From Azolla caroliniana (Eukaryota > Plantae > Polypodiophyta), in assembly GCA_043228905.1 (NCBI GenBank), contig JBHGNT010000010.1, positions 13,330,001 to 13,394,000 of the forward strand: a stretch of 64,000 bases of DNA. The letters run 5' to 3'. Every line of letters starts with the position of its first letter. Position 1 is the first letter of the stretch. The position numbers were made by a program, and so were the translations under genes. Positions 12,690 to 26,000 of the stretch are shown here, piece by piece. The notes beneath the pieces are model-generated. The model was given only the letters and a program-made list of their open reading frames with translations, searched no databases and had not been told where the DNA came from.

Positions 12690-13805
12690 GCACAAAACGA
12701 CTCTTTCTATTCCATAAAGCAATAATACAACCCAACCTTACAAAAAGGTTATAAGGTCACTATATATAGTGACAGACTTAGGGCATCTACCATTTATGCT
12801 AATTACACAAATGGCCCAAACTTGATCTATACAAAGGGATAGTGTGAATACGTCCATTATACACTTGTATTCGACACTCCCCCGTAATGGGCGTATACAT
12901 GGGTTATCTAAGATTACAGGCATAAACCTAGGTTCTCGGACATATCAGTTTTGTTCGAGTCGGCAGGGTCCGAAGGCAGAAGACCGAACTGGTCGGGTCG
13001 GAAGAGTTGAAGCCGATCATTAAGGAACTGATGTCGGTTGTCGGAAACCATCCTGCGCTGTGTCCGGCTCTAACCGGACTGGTTTGTCGTTACGCCCATC
13101 TGATGCCGAAGGGACCGAAAGCGGTCTGCCGAAAGACACTTGGTCATTCCATCTGCGACATTGTCGGTTGTGGATATTTTCTCTAGACCGATTTTCCCTG
13201 AAATGACGCAGTCCCGAACGAAGTGATATCGAACGTCGATATGTTTGGAGGCGTTGTGGTGAACCGGATTTTTCGACAAGGCAACAACACCTTGACTGTC
13301 GCTATAGACAACTGGGGCCGAGTCATGGTCGACTTGTCGAAACGTGTGCGCTAGCCGGCCGAGCCACAAAGCTTCTTTTGCAGCATCGGATGCAGCTACA
13401 TATTCTGCTTCGGTCGTTGAGGTCGTTGTGCACTCCTGAAGTTTCGACTTCCACGAAATTGCTCCATTGCCGAATTTGAAGCAGTATCCAGTTGTTGATT
13501 TCCGACTGTCTATACAGCCGGCGAAGTCCGAGTCGGTGTAACCAACTACGCCTGTAGTTGAGTTCGGACCGAAAAGAATGCCGTGGTCTTTTGTGCCAGC
13601 CAGATATTTGAACACATGCTTGACTGCGTTCCAATGCGATCGGCCAGGATTGTGCATAAATCTGCTAACGACTCCTACGGCATGAGAAATATCAGGCCGT
13701 GTCGCGACCATCAGGTACATGTTGAAGACAAGGCCGTGTCGATGCGGAAGATCAAGCAGCATTCGATTGGGGTGAGTACCTGCGTATGACAGTTTCAAGG
13801 TCGTT

Positions 13806-13846
<41 letters not shown>

Positions 13847-14033
13847 GCACAAAACGACTCTTTCTATTCCATAAAGCAATAATACAACCCAACCTTACAA
13901 AAAGGTTACAAGGTCACTATATATAGTGACAGACTTAGGGCATCTACCATTTATGCTAATTACACAAATGGCCCAAACTTGATCTATACAAAGGGATAGT
14001 GTGAATACGTCCATTATACACTTGTATTCGACA
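12563..14033 (-). mobile_element. 1.47 kb internally deleted Copia (LTR - RT end/RNase H - PPT - LTR)
   Basis: 314-bp LTRs 12563-12876 and 13720-14033 with two differences seen; TSD GGCCG; PPT GGGGGAG at 12877-12883; no PBS. Confidence 0.93.
13070..13720 (-). CDS. Copia RT C-terminus plus RNase H, uninterrupted
   Basis: MYLMVATRPDI...GYTDSDFAG...STTEAEY...SDSQG...KHIDVRYHFVR...ADGMTK. Confidence 0.85.
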   Translation of the reverse strand: MYLMVATRPDISHAVGVVSRFMHNPGRSHWNAVKHVFKYLAGTKDHGILFGPNSTTGVVGYTDSDFAGCIDSRKSTTGYCFKFGNGAISWKSKLQECTTTSTTEAEYVAASDAAKEALWLGRLAHTFRQVDHDSAPVVYSDSQGVVALSKNPVHHNASKHIDVRYHFVRDCVISGKIGLEKISTTDNVADGMTKCLSADRFRSLRHQMGVTTNQSG

Positions 14034-16686
14034 GGCCGGTCAGAAGAAGGCAAATGGGAAAGCAAAGATGAACCGGAGTCGAAGCGGATAAATAGATAAA
14101 TAGAATTATTAGGAGGGACGGATCCGGTAGTTATAACCGATCCGGATCCGAACCGATTCGGTTTCGGTTAATGGTTGCCTAAGAGCACCGATTGTAATCT
14201 GGCCGGATGCCTATAAAAGGATCCGATGTTTTGTAATGAAGTGACGAAGAATTAATATAGTTTTGCTTATGCTTACTGATCTGGTCTTCGTCTGTGCTTA
14301 AATGTAATTATCATACGCGTGTATTAACATCCTATCCCTACCACCCCTTTGGAGAAGTGTCGGATAGACACCTGTGTTGCGGCTAGTCCAGCTAGACATA
14401 CAACAAATCAAGCACGCCCAAGTGTGCCGAGTGTAGTCATCGATGAAAGTTACAAAGTAACGACTTCCACCAATACTCACATTCTGCATCGGTCCCCATA
14501 CATCCAAACGGATTAAATCGAGCTTGTTTCGACTCTGATTTCTCTCATTGGGGAATGGAAGTTGGTGGTGCTTCCCTAACTATCAGGCATTGCAGACTTG
14601 GCCCTTTCAGCCACTAAATTTTGGCAGGCCGAAAATAATGTTCTTTGTTTGCATTTCCAGAAGCCGTAGGAAGATGACGTTACCGAACTGCTTGTGCCAC
14701 AAGTCGATATCCGATTCGACTTTTTGCCCCTTGGCGAACATAGTGGTGTCTTTGTCATTGGTTTCGAGGATGAGAATCCTCCCTTCTCGACGCCCTTGCG
14801 CGATGATCTTGCCTTCTTTCTCTATGAAGCATCCGAGGTGAGTAAATTGAACTTGCATGCCCTAGTCGACATTTTATCCGATGGACACCAAGTTCTTGGT
14901 GATTGTCATCGCATGCAAGACATTTCTCATTATTCCTCTTTGACCAACATGGCTTAGAGAGACAACTTTGATATGTTTGATAGGGTGAGGGGTGTTATCA
15001 CCAGTTTCGACAACCCCTGGTTGCTCTGGCTTCTCCAGAGTCGAGAACCACTCCTTGTGATTCGTCATGTGGTTCAAAGTGCCTGAATCCACATACCACA
15101 CCCCGTTCAACCTTGAGGTGCCCACCTTCATCGAGTTGTCTTTGTGCTTCATTATGAAGGTTGGGCCTGTTTCTGCTCGCCCTAGGCCTTCGGCGTAGTG
15201 TGATCTTTGACACCCATCTGCGTCCCCTCAACTCAATTCGTTTGTCCGAATTGGCTTGCTTTTTCCAACACTCGTTGTCTCTATGACCCTTCCGGCCACA
15301 GTACCAACAGTTCATCGCGGCCTTCCCTTGTTGACCTCTGGTGCCAACTTGACTCCTACTCATGGAGGGTCTAGAACTACTGTCAACATTTCGATTATGC
15401 CTCAAGTTCTGCTCCTAGCGGCCGCTTCCCTTATACGCTGACCCACCTCGTCCACCATGACCACGGGGAAAATCCGTCTTTTTGTACATCATCTTGTTGT
15501 CGATGTGCATACTTGTCGACGCACCCGACTGGTTTTCTTCTACAACCAACATCGATTGAAGCTCCAAAAATGAAGGCATATTCTCCCTCATGCAGACTTC
15601 CGTTCGGAATGCTCTGAACATCGACGCCAACCCTCCGAAGAAAACCTTCACGATTTCGTCATCCTCAACGTTCACGTTGACGAATCAAACTGAATCGAAC
15701 CGAGTCGCCGCTCGGCCGAGTCGAGTAGAAGCTAATTCGATCAAAATCAAATCCGAGCCAATTGGCCAAGTTAATACTTGGCAAAATTGAGAACTGACTA
15801 AAGAAGGAGGGGAAATGGCCAAACAAGGAACCTAATTCGAATCGGCCAAAAAAGTCGAAGAAGAACCAACCGTGTCGAATGGAGGCCGAAGATACCCCCA
15901 AAGAGAAAGGAGGGTCCACTGAAGATTTCCGAAGGAAGAGCGTGTATTGCTAACCGATGAGGGGGAGCCAGAAAGCTTTGAAGAAGCCAAGGAAGATACC
16001 CACAGCCGCAAGTGGTTGAGTGCCATGGAACAGGAGATGGATTCTTTGCATGAGAACCACACATATGACACCCCTCAGCTCGATTCGTTTGTCCGAATTG
16101 GCTTGCTTTTTCCAACACTCGTTGTCTCTGTGACCCTTCCGGCCACAGTACCAATAGTTCATCGCGGCCTTCCCTTGTCGACCTCTGGTGCCAACTTGAC
16201 TCCTACTCTGAAGTGGAATACGCAGATTAATCTCCGGCAACAGCCGAAGCGTAGATCACTTGATGACAATAAAAAACAGACGAAATGGGAATGGAGGTAA
16301 GTCGACAAAACAGAAAGAGAATACACAAGATAATAACGTGGAAAACCCTAAGAGGGAAAAACCACGGGAGTCCACAGACTCCAAACTATCACTTTGTAAA
16401 GAAATACAACAGGGGGCATAGAGGCAATGACCTCTTGCTCACAGTCTTCGCCTAGCGGCAGTTACAATAGAGGCACAATCTCTGTATGTCGCTCTCTCTC
16501 TCTCTTACGCACTGTACAGAGGTTACACCAATAACTCTATCATCATCATTATTAAGTTTGCCCTAGGTCATATTTATACTAATATGACTTTCGGGCTATT
16601 TACAAATATAGTCCTAGTGGGCTCTCTGGAACATATTTACCCATATGTCCCTTCCATCCGATGAGAGGTTCTCACCGGGCCTGCAA

Positions 16687-16812
16687 CATCCGGTTCTCAC
16701 CGGGTCTTCCTTGTCGGGTCCTCGTCATCCGGTTCTCACCAGGTCTTCCTTGTCGGGTACTCGTCATCCGGTTCTCACCGGGTCTTCCTTGTCGGGTACT
16801 CCACATCCGGAT
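16687..16812. repeat. 39-bp tandem repeat in U3 of the G LTR (3 copies here, 4 in the other LTR ~26894-27058)
   Basis: Unit CATCCGGTTCTCACCGGGTCTTCCTTGTCGGGTACTCGT. Confidence 0.9.
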
Positions 16813-17542
16813 TCAGCCGAGGCCGGTACTCCACATCAACATGGTTCTTCTCACTTCCCATCCAGAGGGACCTGTTTCCTAACAAACTCCCCCTTCACTC
16901 CGGCATGGGATGTCTTACTAGTCCGATCCGCTTCCGACATGCATCTAGCTTGTCGGTTATCAGAACTTTGGTCAGCATATTTGACCCGTTCTCGGCCGTG
17001 TGGATCTTCGTTAGCGCGAACTCTCGATCTTCTACTCGCTCCCGGATCCAGTGATACCTACGTTGGATGTGCTTCGTCTTGGAATGGTACGCTGTGTTCT
17101 TAGCAAGGTGGATGGCACTTTGACTGTCACAATAGAGCCGATATTCATCTTGCCGGATACCGAGCTCTCTAATGAAGTCCTTCATCCATAATATTTCCTT
17201 GTCGACTTCCACAACCGCCTCTGTGGTTGACAATGCAACCGTCTTCTGCAGCCTCGACTGCCACGAAACAGCTCCCCCTGCATATGTCATTACATACCCA
17301 GATGTACATTGGCTGGTATCCACATCATCTGACATGTCTGAATTGGTAAAACCATCAAGTTGAGGTTTACCTAAGCCGAATCGGAGACATATATTTGAAG
17401 TGTCCTTCAAATACTGGAGTATCCATTTGACTGCGTTCCATTGCTCCTTGCCGGGATTGCTCATAAACCGGCTCACCACTCCGACTGCGTATCCAATATC
17501 TGATCGAGTATACACCATTGCGTACATTAAGCTCCCAACAGC

Positions 17543-20500
17543 TGTCAGGAATAGTACTAAAGCAGAGATGGAATTAGTACTAAGAAGAGCAGTACTATTA
17601 GTACTAAGAGGACGGGACTACGTAAGATTCCCGAGAGAGGAAGTGAGGAGAGGAGAGAGAGAGAGAGAGATGATGACAACAGCTAATATATTATGTGAAA
17701 AGATAAGTACAAAGTGGCTGAGAGGCTTAAGACTGGCGTTGAACCAATTTGGTTCAACATAATGCCTAGTGCCTTCTTTTATAGTGTTGTCAGGAGTAAT
17801 CCTGAAACTTCTAGAATGTTCCAGAGAAATCTGGAATATACATTACTTTCTTATAATAAAACATAAATGAAAATAATATCCTATGAATTACAATAGATGG
17901 TGTGATGGTTAAGAGCTCGAACCATATACCATAAGGTCATGGGTTCGAGTCTTGCCATATCATGACACTATCTCCCCCTCAAAGACGACGAGTGGAACGA
18001 GTCGGCACTGATTGCGGACCGGGTTTGTCCGGATACTTTCGGTGGAAATCAGCAAGCAGATCCTGAGCATTGGCAACATGCTCGATGGGTTCCCAAGTGC
18101 ATTCGCTCAGACTATAACCAACCCAATCGACCAAATAAGGTTCAAGAAGAGAACAATGGAAAACCGGATGTATCTGAAGCTGCGGAGGGAGATAAAGGCG
18201 GAATGTGACATCATTAACTTTACCCGAAATACGGAAAGGACCGAGTCGTCGATAATCCAACTTGTCGCACGGTCGAGTAGTCTTGATGTGACGACGTAAG
18301 AGCCATACTCGATCTCCGATGGCAAAAGACGAGGGAAGCCGATGACGATCCGCGTAAGTCTTTTGTGTCTGTTGAGCATGACGAAGATGAGTTGAGAGAT
18401 CTGTCTGAATCTTGCGTAGTCTCTCCAAATGATCCCTGGCACGAGGATTGGTAGGTAGCTCCGGGGTGTCGATCACCGACCAGCGAGGATGAGAACCGGT
18501 ATAAGAGTAGAATGGGGAGACTCGAGTCGAGGAGTGAACAACATTATTATATGCAAACTCCACAAAGTGGAGAATCTCGGCCCAATCGTCCTGTTGATAA
18601 CTCAGGAAACACCGGAGATATTGCTCCAACATTTGGTTTGTTCGTTCTACCTGCCCATCGGTCTAAGGATGGTAGCCGGAGGAGAGGTTGCAAGAGACCT
18701 TGAGCATCTTGAAGAGATGCTGCCAAAATTTGGAGACAAATTGCGGTCCTCGGTCACTGATGATACTGCCTAGGAGGCCATGATGCCGAAATACCTCACA
18801 CATGACTAGGGCGGCGGTTTCCTCGCTAGTGATGGCCTTAGTACACGGAACAAAATGTGTCATCTTCGTATATCGATCGACGACGGTTAAGATAGCATCG
18901 AACCCCTACGAGACCGGCAGATCTGTGATAAAATCAAGACAAATAGACTGCCACGGCTTACTTGGAATCGGTAAGGGTTCCAACAAGCCATATGGATGGT
19001 GTCATGGCATCTTTGCTCGGCAACAAGCATCACAAGTCCAAACGTAGTCGTCGACAAAACGGCGCATGTGGGGCCACCAAAAAGATCGTTGCACTAGCTC
19101 CAACGTCTTAGTACTACCAAAATGTCCCGCCGTATGGGTGTCGTGACAATGTTGGACGATTTGAAGGCGACAGGAGAAATCGGGGACATATACGCGCTTT
19201 TTAAAGAATAACAAACCATCATGATATTCGAATTGTCGGTAGTCAATACCTGGTTTTTGAGACTGAGAACAGGATGCCCGAGAAGTATCAATGTGCGCCA
19301 GGATGTCTTGAGCAAAACTATCCGTCTTCAAGTTTGCACGTATGTCATCGGTAATCCGTGAATCCATCGGGGTGTGAAAAATCCGCGTCGTGTGCAATCG
19401 TGTTGGTCCCAAGATTACTTGCTTTTGATTATCAAATGTTGGATCACCAGGACGAGGTGCCAGATATGAACGTCGTGATAGTGCATCTGCTTTTCCTTGT
19501 TGCTTCCCAGGTCAATATGTGATTTTGAAGTCAAAACAAGTGAGGAATTGCGCCCACCGAGCTTGCCGTCAATTTAGTACGCGAGCATTCTGGAAATAAG
19601 CAAGATTTTTATGATCACTAAAGACAACAACCTGATGTGGAGAGCCCTCTAAGAAATGCCGCCATTGCACAAATGAATCCACGATGGCTAATAACTCCTT
19701 GTCATGTATTTCGTTGTTGATTTCCGCAACATCGAATTTGCGCGAATGGAAAGCCACCGGATGCAACTCTTCTTTATCTCCTTGTTGAGAAAGGATGCTA
19801 CCAAGGGCGAAATCTGAAGCATCGGCCTCCATGATGAATGGTTTTCTAGTATCCACATGAGCTAGAATCGGTGCTGATGTAAAGGCTTTCTTAAGATGCC
19901 GAAAAGCCATATCTACTTCAATGGACCAAAGAAATGCTTGGCCCTTCTTCGTAAGTTGTGTGAGGGGTAAGATAATCTTCGAGTAATCCTGTATAAACTT
20001 ACGGTAGAAGTTAGCAAAACCTAGAAAACATTGTACATCTCGTACCGACCGTGGAATTTGCCACTCTAGTACAGTTTGGACTTTAGCTGGATCCATGACG
20101 ATGCCCTTTGAGGAGATGACGTAGCCTAGAAATTCCACTTGCTTGCAATCAAAGCCATTTTTCTAGCTTGGCATAAAGACCATTCTCGCGGAGTCGCTTT
20201 AGTACTAATAGTACATGAGAATCGTGTTGTTGTTGGGTCTTCGAATAAATCAATAGATCATCAAGATAGATGATCAAACAGATATCCAAGAGGTCTCTGA
20301 ATATATCATTCGCCATGTGTTGGAAGACTGCGCGTGCATTGGTTAGGCCGAACGGCATAACAGTATACTCGAAATGCCCATACCGCGTGCGAAAGGCGGT
20401 CTTCCATTCATCTCCCGGTCGGATTCGCATGAGGTTATACGCTCCTCGCAGATCGATTTTGGTAAAAAACTTGGCACCATTAACTCGCTCTAAAAGACTT

Positions 20501-23067
20501 GATATAAGAGGAAGTGCATACCTATTCCGGATGGTGACCTTATTCAATCCGCGGTAATCAACGACGAGACGAAGTGAGCCATCTTTCTTCTTGACAAAGA
20601 AGATGGGTGCACCGGTCGGAGATTTCTAATGACGGATGAACTCGCTTGCCAAGTTCTCCTCTATGTAGGCTCGAAGGACTTCTAACTCAGTGGGTGACAA
20701 GTTGTAAATTGGTCCCCATGGTGGCTCGGTTCCTGGTTGTAAATCGATGGGACAGTCATAGGGACAGTGATGAGGAAGGGTACCGGCGTTTACCTTGTCA
20801 AATACATAGGCATAAGGATGATATTTTGCCGGAAGTTGTACTGAGGAGTCCTTCTTAATAGTGTTGGAAGGATGTACTGATATTGCAAATAGGAACATTG
20901 CCTCCTTGTGTCCTTCTTCGCGTAATTGATGGAGTGAAATGGTCGAAACTCGGTGAGTAGATTCTTGGGGTGGTCGATATCGGACTTCTCTTGTTCTCCA
21001 ATCTATGGCTGGATTATGTAATTCAAACCAAGGTAATCCTACGACAATGGGATGCTCTGGACTACTAATTATATTAAATGATAATACACACACAAAACTA
21101 CCTAGGACAACTTGAATGGGTTCTGATTCTTCTACAATATTCCTGGAAGCAATGGGACGACCATCAATGACTACTACAGATGCAGGACAAGGAAGTTTTC
21201 TTAAGGATATCTGAGAAGCTTGGGCAAAATTTCGATCCATGAAACAGGAATTAGCTCCGGAATCTAAGAGTGCTAGGACGCGTACTGGGGGAGTACTTTT
21301 AGTACTAACAATGACTTGGGCTAGGAACACATTGCTAACTTTCTTGGAAGGAATGGAACCACTAATGGGTTGTACAGATCTAGGGCTGTTGTCCAACCAA
21401 ACGGCTCCTATTTTGGCTGGACTCAATCGTTTAACTCTTCATCTAATTGACTAAGGATTTCAAATTTGTTTGAGATACTTGGGCTATTAGTACTATGAAT
21501 ACTATCTGACACTTTGAAGGGAAGAATTGACTCGGGTTTAGTACAGGCGACGATTTGATTTACCTGTCTTCTTGGCCTATGGGGACAATTGATGGCGATA
21601 TGCCCTGGTCCACCGCAATAAAGGCATAATCGATTGGCACGTCGTCGTTGCTTTTCTTCTTCCGATAACGGGCCGCGTCGACACATGGTGTCGATCTCCA
21701 TTGGTGTCGGAATATTGGCTTGAGGTACATCACGTGCAAACGGTTTAGCCGTGACTGAGGCGTATGTGGGTTCCGGCCAAGAGCATGGTATTTGTAACTG
21801 ACGCTCCGAACGTCGTTCGAAAAGGCGGTTGTCGCATCGGACCGCTCAACTGATTGCCTCCGTAAGAGACTTTGGTTCTTCGGGGAAGGTTAAAAGCAGA
21901 TCTTTGACATCCCAGGGAATATCCCAGGCAAGCCGTAGCAAAACTGCTCCATGAGGGCTTGATCATCCCAGGGAATATCTGAGGCGAGTAAACGGAAATG
22001 CGCCGTGTAGGTAGAGGCTGGACGATCGCCTTGACGCAATCTTCGGATCTTGTTGATCGCCGTCCTGATGTTGTCGGTATCTCCAAAGCAGGCTTTAAAC
22101 TCACCAATAAAATCTTCAAAGTTATTAAGCAAGGGTGATTGTTTTTCTAGAAGCAGAGCGAACCATGCCAAGGCTGAGCCGCTGAGTAACGTGCTTATTA
22201 GGCCGACTCGAGATGCATCAGTGGGATATTGGGAAGGATGCATCTGGATGACTAAGCATACCTGATTAAGGAATCCCCGGAATTACGATCGCGTTCCATC
22301 AAATTTCACAAGAAGTCCAATCTTGGGCTCTTTATGAAATCCTTGGGGACTTGATCCTTGTTGTTGCAACGCTGCTTTGAGTTGTTGTACCCGTAATGCT
22401 AACTCCCCATGTTGTTGTTGCGTTTGTTGTTTTTCAAGAGCGATTTGTTGGAGATCACCTATCAACCATTGGTTTTCTTGTTCCAGGGCAACAAACTTTT
22501 CTTTTAGGCACTGTAACTCGGAGAAAACGGATTGATATTCTTGGGCGCTAACAGTAGCCATAGTATAGGGAAAAGGGTAGGAGGAGGAGGGAGAACGACA
22601 AGTAGGTTGGAGGAAAGGAGAAATTGGTTCAAACTGTCAGGAATAGTACTAAAGCAGAGATGGAATTAGTACTAAGAAGAGCAGTACTATTAGTACTAAG
22701 AGGACGGGACTACGTAAGATTCCCAAGAGAGGAAGTGAGAAGAGGAGAGAGAGAGAGAGAGAGAGAAAGATGATGACAACAACTAATATATTATGTGAAA
22801 AGATAAGTACAAAGCGGCTAAGAGGCTTAAGACTGGCGTTGAACCAATTTGGTTCAACATAATGCCTAGTGCCTTCTTTTATAGTGTTGTCAAGAGTAAT
22901 CCTGAAACTTCTAGAATGTTCCAGAGAAATCTGGAATATACATTACTTTCTTATAATAAAACATAAATGAAAATAATATCCTATGAATTACAATAGATGG
23001 TGTGATGGTTAAGAGCTCGACCCATATACCATAAGGTCATGGGTTCGAGTCCTGCCATATCATGACA
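17543..23067 (-). mobile_element. B1: degenerate chromovirus (Tcn1/Tf1-sushi-like), same family as B2
   Basis: LTRs 17543-17967 and 22635-23067; TSD ACAGC/ACGGC; PPT GAGGGGGAGATAG; gag and pol fragments; deletion removing the chromodomain start at ~18135. Confidence 0.95.
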
Positions 23068-26000
23068 ACGGCAGAGGCATATGGAACCGTCACCATATCC
23101 GCCTTCTCTGCCTTCGTCTTCAGGCTTTGCTTACCGGATAACCTGCAGTTTGCCGAAAATCTCGATCCGACGGTTTCGCATCTGACATGTTGAACCGCTG
23201 AAGCACCTTTGTCATGTACTTCTCCTGTGACAACCACAATTACTTCGTTGGTCGGTCCCGGATGATATGCATCCCCAGCATCTGTCTTGCCGGACCCAAG
23301 TCTTTCATTGAGAAGGTCCAGTTCAGGGCCTTTTTCGACATCCGTATCTTGACTTGGCCTTGTCCGATGATCAACATGTTGTCCACGTACAAGAGGAGTA
23401 TCAGGAAGTCTCCACCTTCGAACTTCTTCACAAATACGCAATGATCGGCCTGCGTCTTGTGGTACCCTTGATCGGCCATGAAGTCGAACTTCCGGTACCA
23501 TTGCTGAGGAGCCTGCTTCAACCCGTAGAGGCTCTCTTTTAACCAGCAAAGCAAGTGCTCCTTCCCTTTCTTCACAAATCCCTCCGGTTGCTGCATGTAT
23601 ATCTCCTCTTTGAGGTTGCCGTGGAGGAACGTCGTCTTCACGTCTAACTGCTCTACCTCGAGGTCCATGCTTGCCGCTATGCTCAGCACCGTCCGGATGG
23701 AAGTCATCTTTACTACCTGGGCAAATATCTCGTCGAAGTCCACGCCCTTCTTCTGCTGGAACCCCTTCACCACGATCCTGGGTTTGTACCTTGGAGGGTT
23801 GCCGGCATCTCCTGGTTTCAACTTATACACCCACTTGTTTCGGAGTGCCCTCTTTCCTTTCAGCAACTCCACCAATTCATACGTGTGGTTCTCATGCAAG
23901 GAATCCATCTCGTCCTGCATGGCACTCAACCACTTGCAGCTATTGGTGTCATCCTTCGCTTCTTCGAAACTTTCCGGTTCCCCCTCATCGGTCAGCAGCA
24001 CATGCTCTGCATCTGGAAATCTCTAGGGAGCCCTTCTCTCTCTGAGAGGATATCTCCGTCTTTGGCTTTCGGCAACTGGCTCCTCTATTTGATCTTCATC
24101 TGAATCCAATTCGGGGTCTTGACCGGTTCCGGTTTCAACTTCCTCTACTTCTTCTTCTGCCGATTCGGTATCCACGTGGTAATCGGCTGGTTCCTCGAGT
24201 GTCAACCGGCTCTTAGTTGGGTGGGTCCGAATCTACTCGGAGTTCATTATCTTCTTCTCCGACTCCCAGTCGGCAAGAGTCTTGTCCTCCATTAAGATAA
24301 TATCTCAGCTCCGGAAAACCTTCTTGTCAACTGGATCCCACACTTGGTAGCCGAACTCATCATCGCCGTATCCGAGGAATATGCATGGCCGGGTCTTTGG
24401 ATTCAACTTTCCTCTCCAGTCCTTAGCAACATGCACGTACGCGAGACACCTGAACACCTTCAAATGCCGATAGGACACTTCCTTACCGGTCCACACCTTT
24501 TGCGGCATGTCTCCATCCAAGGGCACTGAGGGTGATCTGTTTATCACATACGTCGTTGTCGACAATGCCTCAGCCCAAAACGTCTTGGGTAGTTTAGCAT
24601 GTGCTAGCATACTCCGGACCCTCTCCATTATGGTCCAGTTCATCCTCTCAGCTAGCCCGTTTAGTTCCGGCATCTTCGGCACGGTAAATTCGAGCCGGAT
24701 TCCCTTCGAGCGGCAGTACTCCTCGAACTGCCCCCGGTATTCTCCTCCGTTATCTGCTCGAACCACCTTCAGCTTCCATCCGGTTTCTCTTTCCACTCTC
24801 GCGTGGAGCTCCTTGAAGATGGATAACACCTGATCCTTCGTCTTCAACGGTGTGGCCCACAGCCTCCTGTTGTGGTCATATATGAACGTCACGAAGTACA
24901 GCGCTCTGGCATGGGACTTTGTGTCCACCTGACACACATCTGTATGCACCAACTCCAATGGTGCATTACGTCTCATCGGTGGCCTTGATTGGAAAAGGTC
25001 CGGTTTTGCTTACCGGCTAGGCAGTCAGTGCACCTCTCAAGATGCACGTTCTTCACCGGAATGAGGTTTTCATCTCTTGTGCCACAGCTCGCCGGTAGTG
25101 TCGGAAGCCACCTTCACTTCTTCTGGGCATAATCGGGCATTCATTAGGTACAGTGTGTTGACCTTCCGGGCCCGAGCCACTATCAGGCTCCCTTTGTTGA
25201 ATTTCATGACTCTGTTCCAGATGCTACCCATGTAGCCTTCATCATCTAGCCGACTGGCTGATATCATGTTCAGTCGAACCTCCAGAACGTGTCGAACATC
25301 CTTCAGCAGCAACTTGCATCCGATTGGTGTTGTCAACCACACGTCTCCTATGCTGACAATTCGGCATGTACCTTCATTCCCCATCAGGACACAACCGTGA
25401 TCACCGGTTGTGTAGGATGAGAAGTATTTACGGTTTGGGGTAAGGTGGAACGACGCTCCGGAATCAACAACCCACGTTGTCTCGTCACCGGCAAGGTTCA
25501 ACTCACTCTCCTCGGTGATGAGCATCAACTCTTCTTCACTTGCTGCGATTGTCGTCGTTCCCTTCCGGTCCGTTTCCCTCTAGTCTTTACCGTTCCGGTC
25601 CGGTGTCCGCTTCGAATCGGTACCATCGGTTTCCTTGTCTTTTCAGAAGTGTCGACAGTTCTTCTGGAAGTGTCCTGGCTTGCCACAATTGAAGCAGGTA
25701 GGCCTTCCCCTTGACTTTGACCGTGTCCCCAACTCTCCACGGTTCTGGGGACTACGGTTCCTTTGTCTTCCGCGTTCCGATTCGGTAATGAGCGTTTTGG
25801 AGTCGGAGTTCGTATCCTTGTCTTTCCGACGCGCCTCCTCATCTAGCAAGCTCGACTTCACTCTTGCTAGGGATAACCTTTCCCTTCCAGCCCGACGTTG
25901 CCCAAAGTGACAACCAACGTCTCCCAGCTATCTGGGAGGGAACCGAGCAGGAGCAGTGCTAGTACCTCATCGGCGAGAGGTACTTCCAATGACGTTGCCT

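Larger units (their letters stand above)
2780..14405 (+). mobile_element. G1: young full-length Ty3/gypsy non-chromovirus (Athila-like) with extra 3' ORF
   Basis: TG...CA LTRs of 376 bp with one mismatch seen; TSD AATCA (2775-2779, 14406-14410); order gag-PR-RT-RH-INT with GKLRFRWTGPF; no chromodomain and no second RNase H. Confidence 0.95.
12554..14405 (+). repeat. G1 3' LTR, interrupted after its 9th base by the mini-Copia
   Basis: TGTTGGCCG [insert] GGCCGGTCAGAAG...ACAACA. Confidence 0.95.
1118..15685 (-). mobile_element. Copia A: degenerate Ty1/copia remnant with no LTRs left, split by G1; same family as D
   Basis: RT ([27 protein letters not shown]) 1326-1613; integrase (LRSDGGKEY) 2439-2702 continuing at 14411 (DVWGP); protease WYVDSG ~15090; zinc knuckle CWYCGRKGH ~15300. 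Many stops and frameshifts. Confidence 0.9.

Noticed and set aside
17890-17967. Functional tRNA genes at LTR ends
   Set aside because: A/B boxes are present but acceptor, anticodon and T stems pair poorly; reported as tRNA-like modules instead.
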